Source: Kiritimatiellia bacterium
GTDB taxonomy: Bacteria > Verrucomicrobiota > Kiritimatiellia > RFP12 > UBA1067
Assembly: GCA_050949565.1 (NCBI GenBank)
Contig: JBMNFY010000007.1
Span: forward strand, 96,001-160,000
Direction of reading: 5' to 3'
DNA length: 64,000 nucleotides
Shown here: one piece after another, positions 1 through 10,178 of the stretch
Layout: every line of letters starts with the position of its first letter
Position numbering within the stretch: position 1 is the first letter of the stretch
Position numbers and translations under genes: made by a program
Notes under the pieces: model-generated
What the model saw: the letters and a program-made list of their open reading frames with translations, nothing else
Databases searched by the model: none
What the model was told of the DNA's origin: nothing

Positions 1-1352
1 CACTGCTTGACGGCGCTGACCACATCGTCAAAAACGCCGATACCAACACCGGCGAGCAGGGCACTGCCGAACGAAGCGTCGCAACAGGCGGGGCACTTGA
101 CCGGCGCGTTGAAAAGGTCGCAGACAATGCTGCTCCAAAGCGCGCTCTTGGCACCGCCGCCGATCAACAGGAACTCGTGAACCGGAAGCTTCATCTTCTC
201 GATGGTACGGTAGCAGTCGCGCAACGAGTACGCCACGCCTTCAAGCAGCGCACGCGACGCATCGCCGCGTGTGCTGGCCATGCTGAACCCAGTGAAGCTG
301 CCGCGCAGATCCGCGTCCCAGTAGGGCGAGCGCTCGCCCTGCAGATACGGGTGGAAGAAGACGCCGTTGCTGCCGGGCGGCGCTTGGGCGGCCTCGGCGT
401 CGATGGCGTCGTAGTGCGTTCCCGGTGTGCAAAAGGTGTCGCGGTACCAGCGCTGGCAGACCGCCGCTGCGTTGGTCGCGGTGACGGTGTACCACATGCC
501 GGGCACGACATGCGAGTAGGTGAGCGTCTCGCGGTGCGGGTGAGCCTTGGCGGTCATCACATTGACATTGCCGGCGGTGGCGAGTTTGAGCACGCACTGG
601 CCGGGCTCGATCGCGCCGGCTGCGTAATCCTCGACCGCTGAATCGCTGGCTCCCATAATGACGGGCGTACCGACCGGCAGACCTGTGTCGGCCGCCGCCT
701 GCGCCGTGATGTGTCCCGCCAAGTCCGTCGGATCGCCGATGCGCGGCAGGGCTTTCAGCGGGATGCCGGCCAACTCGCAGAGCGCCTCCGACCAGCACGC
801 TTTGCGCATGTCCCAGAAGAGCGTACCTTGCGCCTCGATGCTGTCGCAGGCCATCTCGCCGGTCAGGAGATAACGGATGTAATCTTTGACGAACGAGATG
901 TGCCGCGTCTGCTTGAGGGTGCGCGGCTCGTTGTTGCGCAACCACAGCATCTGCGGCAGTGTCCACGTCGGCGTCGGCGCCTGATAGGCGGTCTTGAAGA
1001 TCAGGTCGAAATGATTCCGCTTCAGGGCCGCGCACTCCTGCACGCTGCGCTGGTCGGTCCAGATGATGGTCGGGCGCACCACGTTGAGTTTGCTGTCGAG
1101 CAGCACCGCGCCGTGCGTGTAGCTGTCGAGCGCAATGGCCGCGATGCGGCGGCGCTGCTTGAGCTTCTTGAGCACCTCGCACATGACGCGATACCAGTCG
1201 GCAGGATCCTGTTCGGCCCAGGCCGGTCGCGGGTGGTGGGTGGGGTATTCGCCGGACACACTCTCGACCACGTTGCCCGCAAGGTCGATCAATGTCACCT
1301 TGCAGCCGCCCGTGCCGAAATCGATTCCAAGTAAAAGGTCTTGGCGTTTCAT
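1..1352 (-). CDS. FGGY-family carbohydrate kinase (xylulokinase-like), 3' end outside window
   Basis: Hand translation from ATG at 1352: MKRQDLLLGIDFGTGGCKV...AEQDPADW...IIWTDQRS...FHPYLQGERSPYWD...LEGVAYSL...IGGGAKS. The start overlaps the upstream stop (TGATG). Confidence 0.9.
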   Translation of the reverse strand, partial: MKRQDLLLGIDFGTGGCKVTLIDLAGNVVESVSGEYPTHHPRPAWAEQDPADWYRVMCEVLKKLKQRRRIAAIALDSYTHGAVLLDSKLNVVRPTIIWTDQRSVQECAALKRNHFDLIFKTAYQAPTPTWTLPQMLWLRNNEPRTLKQTRHISFVKDYIRYLLTGEMACDSIEAQGTLFWDMRKACWSEALCELAGIPLKALPRIGDPTDLAGHITAQAAADTGLPVGTPVIMGASDSAVEDYAAGAIEPGQCVLKLATAGNVNVMTAKAHPHRETLTYSHVVPGMWYTVTATNAAAVCQRWYRDTFCTPGTHYDAIDAEAAQAPPGSNGVFFHPYLQGERSPYWDADLRGSFTGFSMASTRGDASRALLEGVAYSLRDCYRTIEKMKLPVHEFLLIGGGAKSALWSSIVCDLFNAPVKCPACCDASFGSALLAGVGIGVFDDVVSAVKQ

Positions 1353-2146
1353 CAACCCAATATCCATTTGTGGTCGGGATCGGGCACCGACAAAAACTTG
1401 CGGTGGTTCGGGCCGGCCATGACCCACAGGTAGTACATGGTGTAGCCCGGCGCGTTGATTACGGGGTGGTAGCCGCGCGGGATCAGCGTGGTGTCGTTCT
1501 GTTGCACCGTGCAGGTGAAATCGATCGAACGGTCATCGGTGTAGATCTTCTGGATGCCGTAGCCCTGCGATGGATTGAAGCGGAAGAAGTAGACCTCTTC
1601 CATATCCACCTCGACCGGCAGGTTGTCGAAATCGTGACGGTGCGGCGGATAGCTCGCATGATTGCCCGAGGGCACAAACGCCTCGCCGATGAAGAAGTGG
1701 CTGGAAGGAAACTCGTCGGTCAACATGAGCAACGCATCGCGTTGGTAACTCTCCTTGCCGATGCGGGCTTCCTTTACCTGTTCGGGTGTGATCTCATACG
1801 CGGCGGTCTTGAGGTCGGATGGCGAGGCCGCCCAAGCGATCTCGACATCGGTCGTGCCGGTCACGGTGTAGGCGGTGCCGCACGGAATGTAGACGGTGTG
1901 CGGCTTGCCGGAGAAGACATCCTTGCGCGTGCCGACCTTCGCGAAATTGAAGCTCTCGCCGGTGACGGCACAGGTTCCGCCCAGCACGACCAGGGCGACC
2001 TCAAACGCGCCGGACTCGGCTTTGTACGACTCGCCTGCTTTGAGCGTGATGATGCCGAACTCGGTCAGTTTCAAATCGCCGTCGCCGATCGAGGCGATCT
2101 TGGTGAACGTGCCTTGGTTCTTGTAGTGTTTCAGATACTCTTTCAT
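1352..2146 (-). CDS. iolB: 5-deoxy-glucuronate isomerase (IolB/KduI family)
   Basis: Motifs SYPPHRHD, MEEVYFF, IPRGYHPV and MYYLWVMAG; start taken at MKEYLKH. Confidence 0.88.
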   Translation of the reverse strand: MKEYLKHYKNQGTFTKIASIGDGDLKLTEFGIITLKAGESYKAESGAFEVALVVLGGTCAVTGESFNFAKVGTRKDVFSGKPHTVYIPCGTAYTVTGTTDVEIAWAASPSDLKTAAYEITPEQVKEARIGKESYQRDALLMLTDEFPSSHFFIGEAFVPSGNHASYPPHRHDFDNLPVEVDMEEVYFFRFNPSQGYGIQKIYTDDRSIDFTCTVQQNDTTLIPRGYHPVINAPGYTMYYLWVMAGPNHRKFLSVPDPDHKWILG

Positions 2147-2193
2147 GATGCTCCTTTCTTTACGCCGGTATGCCCCGGCTTGCCGCGCGCGGA

Positions 2194-3120
2194 TCACGCG
2201 TCGCGGATTGTGGTTTCAAACTTCTTCAAATGCTGTTCTGCCGTTTTGAGATTCGGTATGCCGGTTCTGCCGCCGAGCTGCGTGCATTTCAGCGCGGCGA
2301 CGACGGTCGCGAAGCGCATGCAGGACTCCCAAGGGCGCCCCTGCGCAACGGCGAATGTGAAAGCGCCGTGATAGGTGTCGCCCGCGCCGGTGGTGTCGAC
2401 CTCAGCAGGCACCTCGTACTGCGGACAACTGAACACCTGCTTCCCGTCAAAGCCGATCGAACCGCGCTTGCCGAGGGTGATCCCCGCGAAGCGGCAACCG
2501 GGCACAAACAGTTTGCGCACCGCAGCGGTCGGCGAGCGCGATCCCGTAAACCGGGCGGCGAAAGGCTGTGAGGCGATGATGATATCGCTCAACGCCAACA
2601 GCTCTTCGATGCCTGGGACGAGCGTTCCGGCGTCGATAGAAACACACACGCCATGTTTGCGGGCGGTTTTGGCCGCAGCGAGCGCGGCTTGCATCTGGTG
2701 TCCGTCAAGATGCAGCAGGTCGCTGGCGCGGATCCGCTCGCGGCAGAACTCGCGTGCCGAGAGAGGACGGGCTGTGCCGCGCGTCCAGGCGATGCTGCGC
2801 TTGCCGCTTGGCTGATCGATCCAGCAAAAGCCAGCCGGTGACTCGGCGTTTTTGCGGACTTTGATGCCTGCGGTGTCGACGCCCTCATCCGCGATGCCGC
2901 GCACGATCTGCTCGCCGCGCTCGTCGTCTCCGACCACCCCGCAAAACGCAGTGTCCGCGCCTAGACGGGCAGCGGCGACGATGGCGGTGGCGGCCGGACC
3001 GCCACCCTGTATGAGGCTCTCGACGATCTCGACTTTGTCGTCATGCGGGATATGCGGCAGGACACAGAGGTAGTCCATGCCGCAATAGCCGATACCGATG
3101 AGCTTGGGGGTTCGCTTCAT
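2194..3120 (-). CDS. PfkB/ribokinase-family sugar kinase
   Basis: GGGPAATA and DTTGAGDTYHGAF PfkB signatures. Confidence 0.9.
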   Translation of the reverse strand: MKRTPKLIGIGYCGMDYLCVLPHIPHDDKVEIVESLIQGGGPAATAIVAAARLGADTAFCGVVGDDERGEQIVRGIADEGVDTAGIKVRKNAESPAGFCWIDQPSGKRSIAWTRGTARPLSAREFCRERIRASDLLHLDGHQMQAALAAAKTARKHGVCVSIDAGTLVPGIEELLALSDIIIASQPFAARFTGSRSPTAAVRKLFVPGCRFAGITLGKRGSIGFDGKQVFSCPQYEVPAEVDTTGAGDTYHGAFTFAVAQGRPWESCMRFATVVAALKCTQLGGRTGIPNLKTAEQHLKKFETTIRDA

Positions 3121-4379
3121 TCTCGCGCGACGCTTTCCTCGTTGATGAAGTCATCCTTAAAACTGGTGAGCGCGGCGACCAGCAGAACGACGCCTCCGAG
3201 CACGAACCCGATGGAGAGGTAGGACATCGCGGTGGTCAGGCCAACCGTCTGCTTGGCCCAGCCCAGGATGACCGGGGCAAAGGCGCCGACAAAGAAAATA
3301 CAGGTCAGCATCAGGCCGGTGGCCGAGCCGCGGTATTTGGGCTCGATCACATCAAAAAGCGTGGCATAGATATTTGAGTCGAAGATCCCGCGGAAGATGC
3401 CGAAACCAGCCAGAGCGGCGTAGCAGACCCACAGCGTGCTGGTCGCGCCCATGAGATAAACGAAGGGGGCGGCCAGGAACAGGCCGAAGACCACGACCTT
3501 GATCCGGACACGCGGGAAACGCACTGCCAGCAGGTCGGAGATCCGTCCGCCCAGCAACACACCGGTGGCGGCCGCGACCTGATGGTAGAACATCGAGGAA
3601 AAACCGACTTTGGCCAGTTTGAGTTCGTATTTCTCGTACAGGAAGGTGGAGATCCAGGTGTTGAAACCGCAGATTACAAAGAAAAACGCGCTGAACGAGA
3701 GGCAGAGCGCCCAGAAAGTCGGTTTGCACAGGACACCGTGGAACAACTCCTTGAGAGGGATACGGCTGACCTTTTTGCGGTCGTCGGTCTGTGAGGGCTG
3801 CCCCACATCCTTGACGCGCCAAAGGATGATGAAGCAGAGGATCAGCGCCATGGTGCCGAAGAGAAAGAAGGGGGTCCGCCAACCGAAGTGCTCGCCCATC
3901 CATCCGGCAATCAGGCCGCTGAAGATCAGGCCGAAGTAGAGCGCCGTCTGATGGATGCCCATGGCGAGCGCGCGGGTCTTGTGATGGTACTGACCGATCA
4001 GCGAATTTGCGGAGGGAAAGTAGCATGCCTCGCCGCCGCCGTTGCCGAATCCCCGGATCAGGATGAGACTTGTCATGCCGCCCGCAATGCCGGAGAGGAA
4101 GGTACAGCCGCTCGCCAGCAAGAGGCTGAAAAAAAGCACCCACTTGCGGCGCGAGATATCGCCCAAGTACCCGCCCAGCGGAACCAGCAGCGCGTAGCAC
4201 CAGAGAAAGATGGAGCCGATGAGCCCGGTCTGCACCGAGGAGAGCCCCAAGTCTTTCGTCAGCAGCGGCAGGACCACGTTGTAGGACTGTCGGTCGGCTT
4301 GGTTAAAGAAAAACGCGAACCAGAGCAGCGCGATCAGTTCCCATTTGTAGGGCAACCAGGTTTTTTTCGTGTCAGTCAT
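3117..4379 (-). CDS. MFS sugar/organic-acid transporter
   Basis: About 12 hydrophobic segments; NQADRQ and GYLGDISRRK (MFS motif A-like). Confidence 0.9.
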   Translation of the reverse strand: MTDTKKTWLPYKWELIALLWFAFFFNQADRQSYNVVLPLLTKDLGLSSVQTGLIGSIFLWCYALLVPLGGYLGDISRRKWVLFFSLLLASGCTFLSGIAGGMTSLILIRGFGNGGGEACYFPSANSLIGQYHHKTRALAMGIHQTALYFGLIFSGLIAGWMGEHFGWRTPFFLFGTMALILCFIILWRVKDVGQPSQTDDRKKVSRIPLKELFHGVLCKPTFWALCLSFSAFFFVICGFNTWISTFLYEKYELKLAKVGFSSMFYHQVAAATGVLLGGRISDLLAVRFPRVRIKVVVFGLFLAAPFVYLMGATSTLWVCYAALAGFGIFRGIFDSNIYATLFDVIEPKYRGSATGLMLTCIFFVGAFAPVILGWAKQTVGLTTAMSYLSIGFVLGGVVLLVAALTSFKDDFINEESVARE

Positions 4380-4459
4380 CGGAAACTTCCTTCTTTTGGA
4401 GTAGCACAGGGGTGATAACGCTCAACGTTCAACTTCAGCTTTATCATGCTCTGGAATCG

Positions 4460-4511
4460 GGGAGGGACGAGCGTCTGCTCGTCCTCGGGCAAGCAGACGC
4501 TTGCCCCTCCC
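4460..4511 (-). repeat. REP-like double-hairpin element; empty copy of the group II intron target
   Basis: Reverse complement GGGAGGGGCAAGCGTCTGCTTGCCCGAGGACGAGCAGACGCTCGTCCCTCCC matches 11889-11938 plus 12635-12636 with one mismatch. Confidence 0.9.
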
Positions 4512-4544
4512 GTTTCGTACTTGATGTGTTGAGCGTTGAACATT

Positions 4545-5816
4545 TCACTTGTCTTTGCCCGGGCGCGGGGCGACGTTCTCTTCGGGCAACTCGATATCCG
4601 CCGTGCCTTCGAAGTCAATCGCGGCAGGCTTACAGTTCATGTTGTAGAACGGCGAGTCCTTGTTCGTCAAAATGTCAGACATGCGCACGACCTGTCCGGT
4701 ATAAGCCGAGAGACGCCCCATGATCGCTGCCGCCGTGGCGTAGGCGATGGTCTCGCCCTCGTTAAGTTGCTTGCCGTGGATCACACTGTCCAGCAGGGCC
4801 GAGTGCTCGTTAACGTAGGGGTTGCCTTCGTTACCGACATCTTCCAGTTTTATCTCCTCGCCGTCATAACGGCGGACTTTGCCGCCGCCGGAAATCTCTG
4901 CCAGTTCGGTTGCAAACAACTCGCCCACGCGGCCGGCGCAACCGGGGATTTGGCGTGCGAGACTGTGGATGTGCAATCCGTCGCCGTAGTCGAAGTCTAC
5001 GCTGAAAAAGTCATACTGATTGCCGGTGGGACGGCGTACGCGTGCGCCCACGCCCATCGCGGTGCGCGGATAGCGCCCGATGAACCAGTTGGCCACGTCG
5101 ATGTTGTGGACGTGCTGCTCGACGATGTGGTCGCCCGACATCTCGGCCCAGTTCATCCAGTTGTTGCACATATACTGTGCGTTGGTGACGCCCTCCTTAC
5201 GCGGACGGATACTACCGCGTGCCTGGCACCAATAGATGTTGCCGCCGCGGATTGTGCCGAGCTGACCTTTTTGAAACGCCAGCGCCTGACGCATGTAGGC
5301 ACCCTGATGGCGACGTTGCGTACCGGTCACCAGTGTCAACTGCTTGGCTTTGGCGGCAGCCGTGATTTCCAGAATATGGCGCACGCCTTGCGGGTCAACC
5401 GCGATTGGCTTTTCCGCGAACACATGCTTGCCGGCCTTGATGCAGGCGTCGAGGTGGCGCGGGCGGAAGGCGGGCGGCGCGCCGAGGATTACGATCTCGA
5501 TGCCCGGTACATCGAGCATCTTGAAGTAGCCGTCGCCGCCGCCGAAGGCGAATTTCTCATCGCAGCCGAACTGCTTACAGCGGCGCTGCGCCTCTTCGAG
5601 GAAAAAGTCGTGTGCGGCCACCAGTTGAATGTTATGGCCGATCTTTTTGGCGGCTTCGGCCATGTTGTTGAAAGCATCGGCAGCGCGTCGGCCCGAGCCG
5701 ATCATGGCGACCTTGAAGGTGCGTGCCGCGCCTTGCGCGGACACGATCGTGGGAGCTGCGGCCATCATGGCCGAGAATAAGGATGCATTTTTAATGAATT
5801 CTCTACGGTTCTGCAT
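4545..5816 (-). CDS. Gfo/Idh/MocA oxidoreductase with Tat signal
   Basis: MQNRREFIK twin-arginine signal; HVFAEKPIA, GTQRRH, EQHVHNID. Confidence 0.9.
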   Translation of the reverse strand: MQNRREFIKNASLFSAMMAAAPTIVSAQGAARTFKVAMIGSGRRAADAFNNMAEAAKKIGHNIQLVAAHDFFLEEAQRRCKQFGCDEKFAFGGGDGYFKMLDVPGIEIVILGAPPAFRPRHLDACIKAGKHVFAEKPIAVDPQGVRHILEITAAAKAKQLTLVTGTQRRHQGAYMRQALAFQKGQLGTIRGGNIYWCQARGSIRPRKEGVTNAQYMCNNWMNWAEMSGDHIVEQHVHNIDVANWFIGRYPRTAMGVGARVRRPTGNQYDFFSVDFDYGDGLHIHSLARQIPGCAGRVGELFATELAEISGGGKVRRYDGEEIKLEDVGNEGNPYVNEHSALLDSVIHGKQLNEGETIAYATAAAIMGRLSAYTGQVVRMSDILTNKDSPFYNMNCKPAAIDFEGTADIELPEENVAPRPGKDK

Positions 5817-5877
5817 GGTTGGTACCTTTTGGTTGTGCCGGACGTGGCTGACAGGCCAGACACGTCCGACGGGGTTA

Positions 5878-6822
5878 TTACGCTTGAGCCCACTGCTCGC
5901 GCATGAGCGCGGCGGCTTGTGCCAGAAGCTTTCGTTTTTGATCGTCGGAAACGCCTTTCGGATAACCGGCCTCAATGCTGATTGCGCCACGGTATCCGAT
6001 CAGCTTCAAGCCTTTGAAGCCGAGCACATAATTGTCAGCCTCGCTATCGACACCCGGGATCTTGCGGGTCTTGCGCGAGGCGATGTGGACGTGCTTGAGA
6101 TAAGCGCCCGCTGAGATAAACGCCCCCATGTCGTTGGTCTCTTCAGCGGTCATGTGCCAGAAGTCGCCGAGCACGCCGATGGCGGGGCTGTTCGCATCGC
6201 GTGCGATGGCGGCGGCGTCCGCCACGAGACGCAGGAACATGGTTTCGTTACGATTAAGCGGCTCCATGATCAGGCAGACGCCCAGTTTCTCTGCATGAGC
6301 GAGGATTTCCGGCAGGATCTCCTTGAGGTAACGTTCACGCAGTTCGGGGAAGGGCAGGTCGATCTTCTTGCGCGCCGGCACGGTGATGACGCCGGTGGCA
6401 CCGAGCTTGGCCGCGCTCTCTAAGATGCTCTTGGTGGTGTCGATCACCGCGCGGCGCTCTGTGGGATCGGCCATACCTGCGTTGCCGCGTGCGCTGATGC
6501 AGGTCACACTGAAGCGTAGGTTGCGATTTTTGATCGCAGCGGCCATCTCGTCGACGTTTTTGGCCAGCCACTCCCAGTTGCCGCCGTTGATCTCGATGCG
6601 GTCATAGCCGTTAGCCTCAAGGAAATCGTAGCGCTCCGCGAAGCTTTTGCCCGGCACCAGCATCTGCTGGCAGCCGATGTGCAACTCAGCGGGCGGTTCA
6701 GGTGCCTTGAGAACCGGCATGCCGCTCGTGGTGGCGGCGTGCGCCTGCCGTGCGCCGAACAGCGCCGCACCGCCCAGTCCCGCTGCACTGAATGTGAAAA
6801 ACTGTCTTCTGTTGATAGCCAT
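5878..6822 (-). CDS. Sugar phosphate isomerase/epimerase TIM-barrel protein with Tat signal
   Basis: MAINRRQFF; MEPLNRNE, GDFWHM, HVHIA, GAISIE. Confidence 0.88.
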   Translation of the reverse strand: MAINRRQFFTFSAAGLGGAALFGARQAHAATTSGMPVLKAPEPPAELHIGCQQMLVPGKSFAERYDFLEANGYDRIEINGGNWEWLAKNVDEMAAAIKNRNLRFSVTCISARGNAGMADPTERRAVIDTTKSILESAAKLGATGVITVPARKKIDLPFPELRERYLKEILPEILAHAEKLGVCLIMEPLNRNETMFLRLVADAAAIARDANSPAIGVLGDFWHMTAEETNDMGAFISAGAYLKHVHIASRKTRKIPGVDSEADNYVLGFKGLKLIGYRGAISIEAGYPKGVSDDQKRKLLAQAAALMREQWAQA

Positions 6823-6851
6823 GTGTGTCTGTCTTTTCCCCGTGTTAGAAG

Positions 6852-8210
6852 TTAGAGTGTCCAAGGTTTTCGCAACGTGCGGCTCAGCATCGCACTGGCC
6901 GCATCGTTTCCGACGATCTTTTCCGCAACGGGATCCCATTTGAGGTTCGCGTGTCCCAGACGCAGACCGATGACTGCCAGCGCACCGATGGTGTTTGAGC
7001 GGTGCCCGACTTCGCAAGGGGCGACGGTAGGCTTGCCGCTGTAGATGCAATCGATGAAATTCCGTTCGTGAGAGCGGCTGGCATAGACGCGGATCTCGTC
7101 CTCCTTGATCTTTTCACGGATCAACTCGGCGGGATTCGTCGAGATGCTGCCGCGCGTGACGAAAAGCGATCGATCATTTTCACCGTAGAAACGGATGCCA
7201 ACTTTAAATTCGTTGTTCACCGTAACGCGCGCGCCCTCGGGGTACACGAAATCGTAGGAGAACCCCTTGGCCACGTTGAAGACGTCACCGGCTGGCGGCA
7301 TCTCCACCGCCTTGATGTTCTCGATCGAAGTCGGTCCGGAATGATCTTTGTCAAAGGCCCACTGCACGATGTCGGAGTGATGCGCGCCCCAGTCGGTCAA
7401 CACACCGCCCGCGAAATCGTAGTTGCTGCGCCACGAGAGCGGCTGCAGCGCGGAGCAGTAGGGGCGCATCGGGGAAGGCCCCGTCCAAAGCTCGTAATCC
7501 AGCCCGTCCGGAACCGCGCACGGTTCGAAGCTGGCCAGCGCGCCGGTGCGTCCGTAAAACTTATGCCACGCCTTGGGCAATCCGATTTCAACCTTGTGGA
7601 TTTTTCCCAGCCGGTTGTTGCGGATGAACTCGACAGCCATCTTGAAGTAGGTGTCGGAGCGTTGTTGCGAGCCGGTCTGAAACGTCACGCCGCTCTCCTT
7701 GGCGACGTTGGCCATGGCACGGCCTTCGGCGACCGAGAGCGAAAGCGGCTTTTGGCAGTACACGTGCAGGCCTTTGCGCATAGCGGTGATCGCCATGACC
7801 GCATGCCAGTGGTCGGGCGTGCAGATCATCACGGCGTCGAGTCCGGGGATTTCCAGCAACTCACGGAAGTCGACAAAAGACGCGCATCCGTTATACGATG
7901 ACTGGCCTGTCTTTTTTGCGTAATGCGCATTGATCGCGCGTGTGCCGTGATCGCGCCCGCCCGGCTCTCCGGAGTTATATCCATAGAGCGAGGACTCGCG
8001 GTTGCAGTCGCAGACCGCTACGGCCTGCACGCGGTCATCCTGCAGGAAGTTACTCGTGTTGTAGCGGCCCTGCGTGCCGTAGCCAATGATGCCGAGCGTG
8101 ATACGGTCAGACGGCGCGGGACGGCCCGCGCGGCCAAGCGCCGAAGCCGGTATCAGCGCGGGGAAGCCGAGAGCGGCCGCGGTTGCTTTGATGAATGAGC
8201 GACGTTTCAT
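6852..8210 (-). CDS. Gfo/Idh/MocA oxidoreductase with Tat signal
   Basis: MKRRSFIK; GIIGYG, TPDHWH, YCQKPL, DWGAHH. Confidence 0.92.
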   Translation of the reverse strand: MKRRSFIKATAAALGFPALIPASALGRAGRPAPSDRITLGIIGYGTQGRYNTSNFLQDDRVQAVAVCDCNRESSLYGYNSGEPGGRDHGTRAINAHYAKKTGQSSYNGCASFVDFRELLEIPGLDAVMICTPDHWHAVMAITAMRKGLHVYCQKPLSLSVAEGRAMANVAKESGVTFQTGSQQRSDTYFKMAVEFIRNNRLGKIHKVEIGLPKAWHKFYGRTGALASFEPCAVPDGLDYELWTGPSPMRPYCSALQPLSWRSNYDFAGGVLTDWGAHHSDIVQWAFDKDHSGPTSIENIKAVEMPPAGDVFNVAKGFSYDFVYPEGARVTVNNEFKVGIRFYGENDRSLFVTRGSISTNPAELIREKIKEDEIRVYASRSHERNFIDCIYSGKPTVAPCEVGHRSNTIGALAVIGLRLGHANLKWDPVAEKIVGNDAASAMLSRTLRKPWTL

Positions 8211-8211
8211 A

Positions 8212-9030
8212 TTAAGCTCTCCCTAGTTTTTTCATGTACGCGAGACAGTCGCGCACGTCATCCAGCGTGTCGGGTCGGACTTCGGCCTCGACCACATACC
8301 ACTCAGTGACATCGGCCTCGCACGCAGCGAAAACCTTCTCCCAATCCGCGCCATCGGTGCCGATTACGCCGGTGGTTTTGGAGGCGGCCTTGACATGCAC
8401 GGCGGGGTTGCGGTTCGGGTATTTCTTCAACCAGAAGGCGGGCGATTCTCCGGCCAACAGGCAGTGTCCGAGATCAAGTTGTTGCAAGACGTCCGGCGAG
8501 GCGTTCTGATAGAGGATATCCCACTTGCACACGCCGTCAAAGCGGTCGCGGAACTCATGCTGGTGATTGTGGTAGCCCAAACCGATCCCAGCCGCCTTGA
8601 AAGCCTGCGCGGCAACGGACATCTGCTCCGCGAAGCGCTTCCAGCCATCCGCTGTCTTGGCGTCGAACCAAGGAACAAACAGATAGGGGGCGCCCAACTC
8701 GCTGGCAAATGTCACCGATTCCGCGATGTTCTCGGGCTTGATGATCCGGTCGGCCTGCATCTGCATACCGGCTGCCGCGAGACCGTGGTCTTTAAAAAGC
8801 GTGTTCAGTTCCTTGGCGGTGCGACCAAAAAAGCCGCCGCACTGCACCCCCTCGTAGCCCATCGCTTTGAGCGCACGCAGCGTACCGGGAAAATCCCGCT
8901 CGCAAAGCTTACGTACCGAATAGAGTTGAACCCCCGCTTTTACACGCCGCGTCGGCGCGGCACCGAGCCCAGACAGCGCCAAACCCGCCGTAGCGGCGAA
9001 GCCTGTCCTTAGAAAAGAGCGTCTGTTCAT
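8212..9030 (-). CDS. Sugar phosphate isomerase/epimerase TIM-barrel protein with Tat signal
   Basis: MNRRSFLR; QLYSVR, YHNHQHEF, QLDLGH, VHVK, VVEAE. Confidence 0.88.
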   Translation of the reverse strand: MNRRSFLRTGFAATAGLALSGLGAAPTRRVKAGVQLYSVRKLCERDFPGTLRALKAMGYEGVQCGGFFGRTAKELNTLFKDHGLAAAGMQMQADRIIKPENIAESVTFASELGAPYLFVPWFDAKTADGWKRFAEQMSVAAQAFKAAGIGLGYHNHQHEFRDRFDGVCKWDILYQNASPDVLQQLDLGHCLLAGESPAFWLKKYPNRNPAVHVKAASKTTGVIGTDGADWEKVFAACEADVTEWYVVEAEVRPDTLDDVRDCLAYMKKLGRA

Positions 9031-9135
9031 GAAAGCATTCCCCTTGGTTACTCGCTGTATCATAGCAAATTATGAGAGTCATATACCACCAAATGCGAAA
9101 AAATAATAATGCATTTTGCGCAATGAGGGAGGAGC

Positions 9136-9167
9136 GGAAGGCGGCTCGCGAGGACGCTCGCCCTCCA
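9136..9167. repeat. REP-like palindromic unit (GGAGGGCGAG family)
   Basis: Near-identical inverted copy at 11815-11847. Confidence 0.7.
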
Positions 9168-9213
9168 GTCTATGATCAGGCTTGCGGAACGCCGAGAGTA
9201 AGCGTCTACTGCA

Positions 9214-9340
9214 AAATTTGGAGACAAGAACTGCGCTGTGCGCGGGTCGCGGCACCGCTTTTGCGTACCATCCTGCCGTCGCACTCCTACTCAAAAAGCG
9301 GCGTCGCACGGAATACCGCTTGCCGCCGCACTCCAAATTT
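9214..9340. repeat. ~125-bp REP/MITE-like element (TTGGAGTGCGG...CCGCACTCCAA family)
   Basis: Inverted second copy at 12747-12878 sharing both arms, with a different central spacer. Confidence 0.85.
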
Positions 9341-9377
9341 TTTCGCCAGACTTGCGGGTTCCGAAGGAAACAAACGT

Positions 9378-10178
9378 TCAACGCTCAGCTTTCAACTTTG
9401 ACTGCAAAGCGCGGCCGACGTCCGGCACTGCCTCTAGCAGTGTGCGCGTGTAGGCGTGGCGGGGCACGTCGAGCACATCGGCGGCAATGCCGGTTTCGAC
9501 GAACACGCCGTCATGCATCACAGCCACGCGGTCGCAGATGTTGCGGACGACGGCGAGGTCGTGCGAGATGAGGATGATGGAGAGGCCGAGGCGCTGCTGC
9601 AAGGAACGTACGAGATTGAGGATGCGGGCTTGGACCGAGACGTCGAGCGCGCTGACCGGTTCGTCCGCGATGATCAGGCGCGGTTCGAGCGCCAGGCAAC
9701 GCGCGAAGCTGACACGCTGACACTGGCCGCCGCTGATTTCACGCGGGAAGGCGTCCAGCACTGTCGTGGGCAGTCCCACCAGGTCCAGCAGTTCGTCGAC
9801 GCGTTGCGGAATCGCCGCCGCCGGGCGCATGCGGTGGACGCGTAGCACTTCGTGCAGCGTCTGTCGAACCGTCATACGCGGATTGAGCGAGCCCGTGGCA
9901 TCTTGGAAGACCATCTGCACGGCGCGCCGGTAGTCGCGGAAGCCCTGACGCGAGAGCCGGTCGACCGCCCGGCCTTCAAACGTGAGTGTTCCGGCGCTGG
10001 CCGGTTGCAAGCCGATCAGCGCGCGGGCGAGCGACGATTTACCACAACCGCTTTCGCCGACGATGCCGAGTGACGCGCCAGCCGCGAGGCTGAATGAAAC
10101 GCCGCGCACGGCGCGGACCGGCGGCTGGCCGGGCGTGCGATAGGTGACGTGCAGGTCTTGGACGGTCAGGAGTGACAT
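9378..10178 (-). CDS. Oligopeptide/dipeptide ABC transporter ATP-binding protein (OppF/DppF-like)
   Basis: GESGCGKS, ISGGQCQR, IIADEPVSALD. Confidence 0.92.
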   Translation of the reverse strand: MSLLTVQDLHVTYRTPGQPPVRAVRGVSFSLAAGASLGIVGESGCGKSSLARALIGLQPASAGTLTFEGRAVDRLSRQGFRDYRRAVQMVFQDATGSLNPRMTVRQTLHEVLRVHRMRPAAAIPQRVDELLDLVGLPTTVLDAFPREISGGQCQRVSFARCLALEPRLIIADEPVSALDVSVQARILNLVRSLQQRLGLSIILISHDLAVVRNICDRVAVMHDGVFVETGIAADVLDVPRHAYTRTLLEAVPDVGRALQSKLKAER

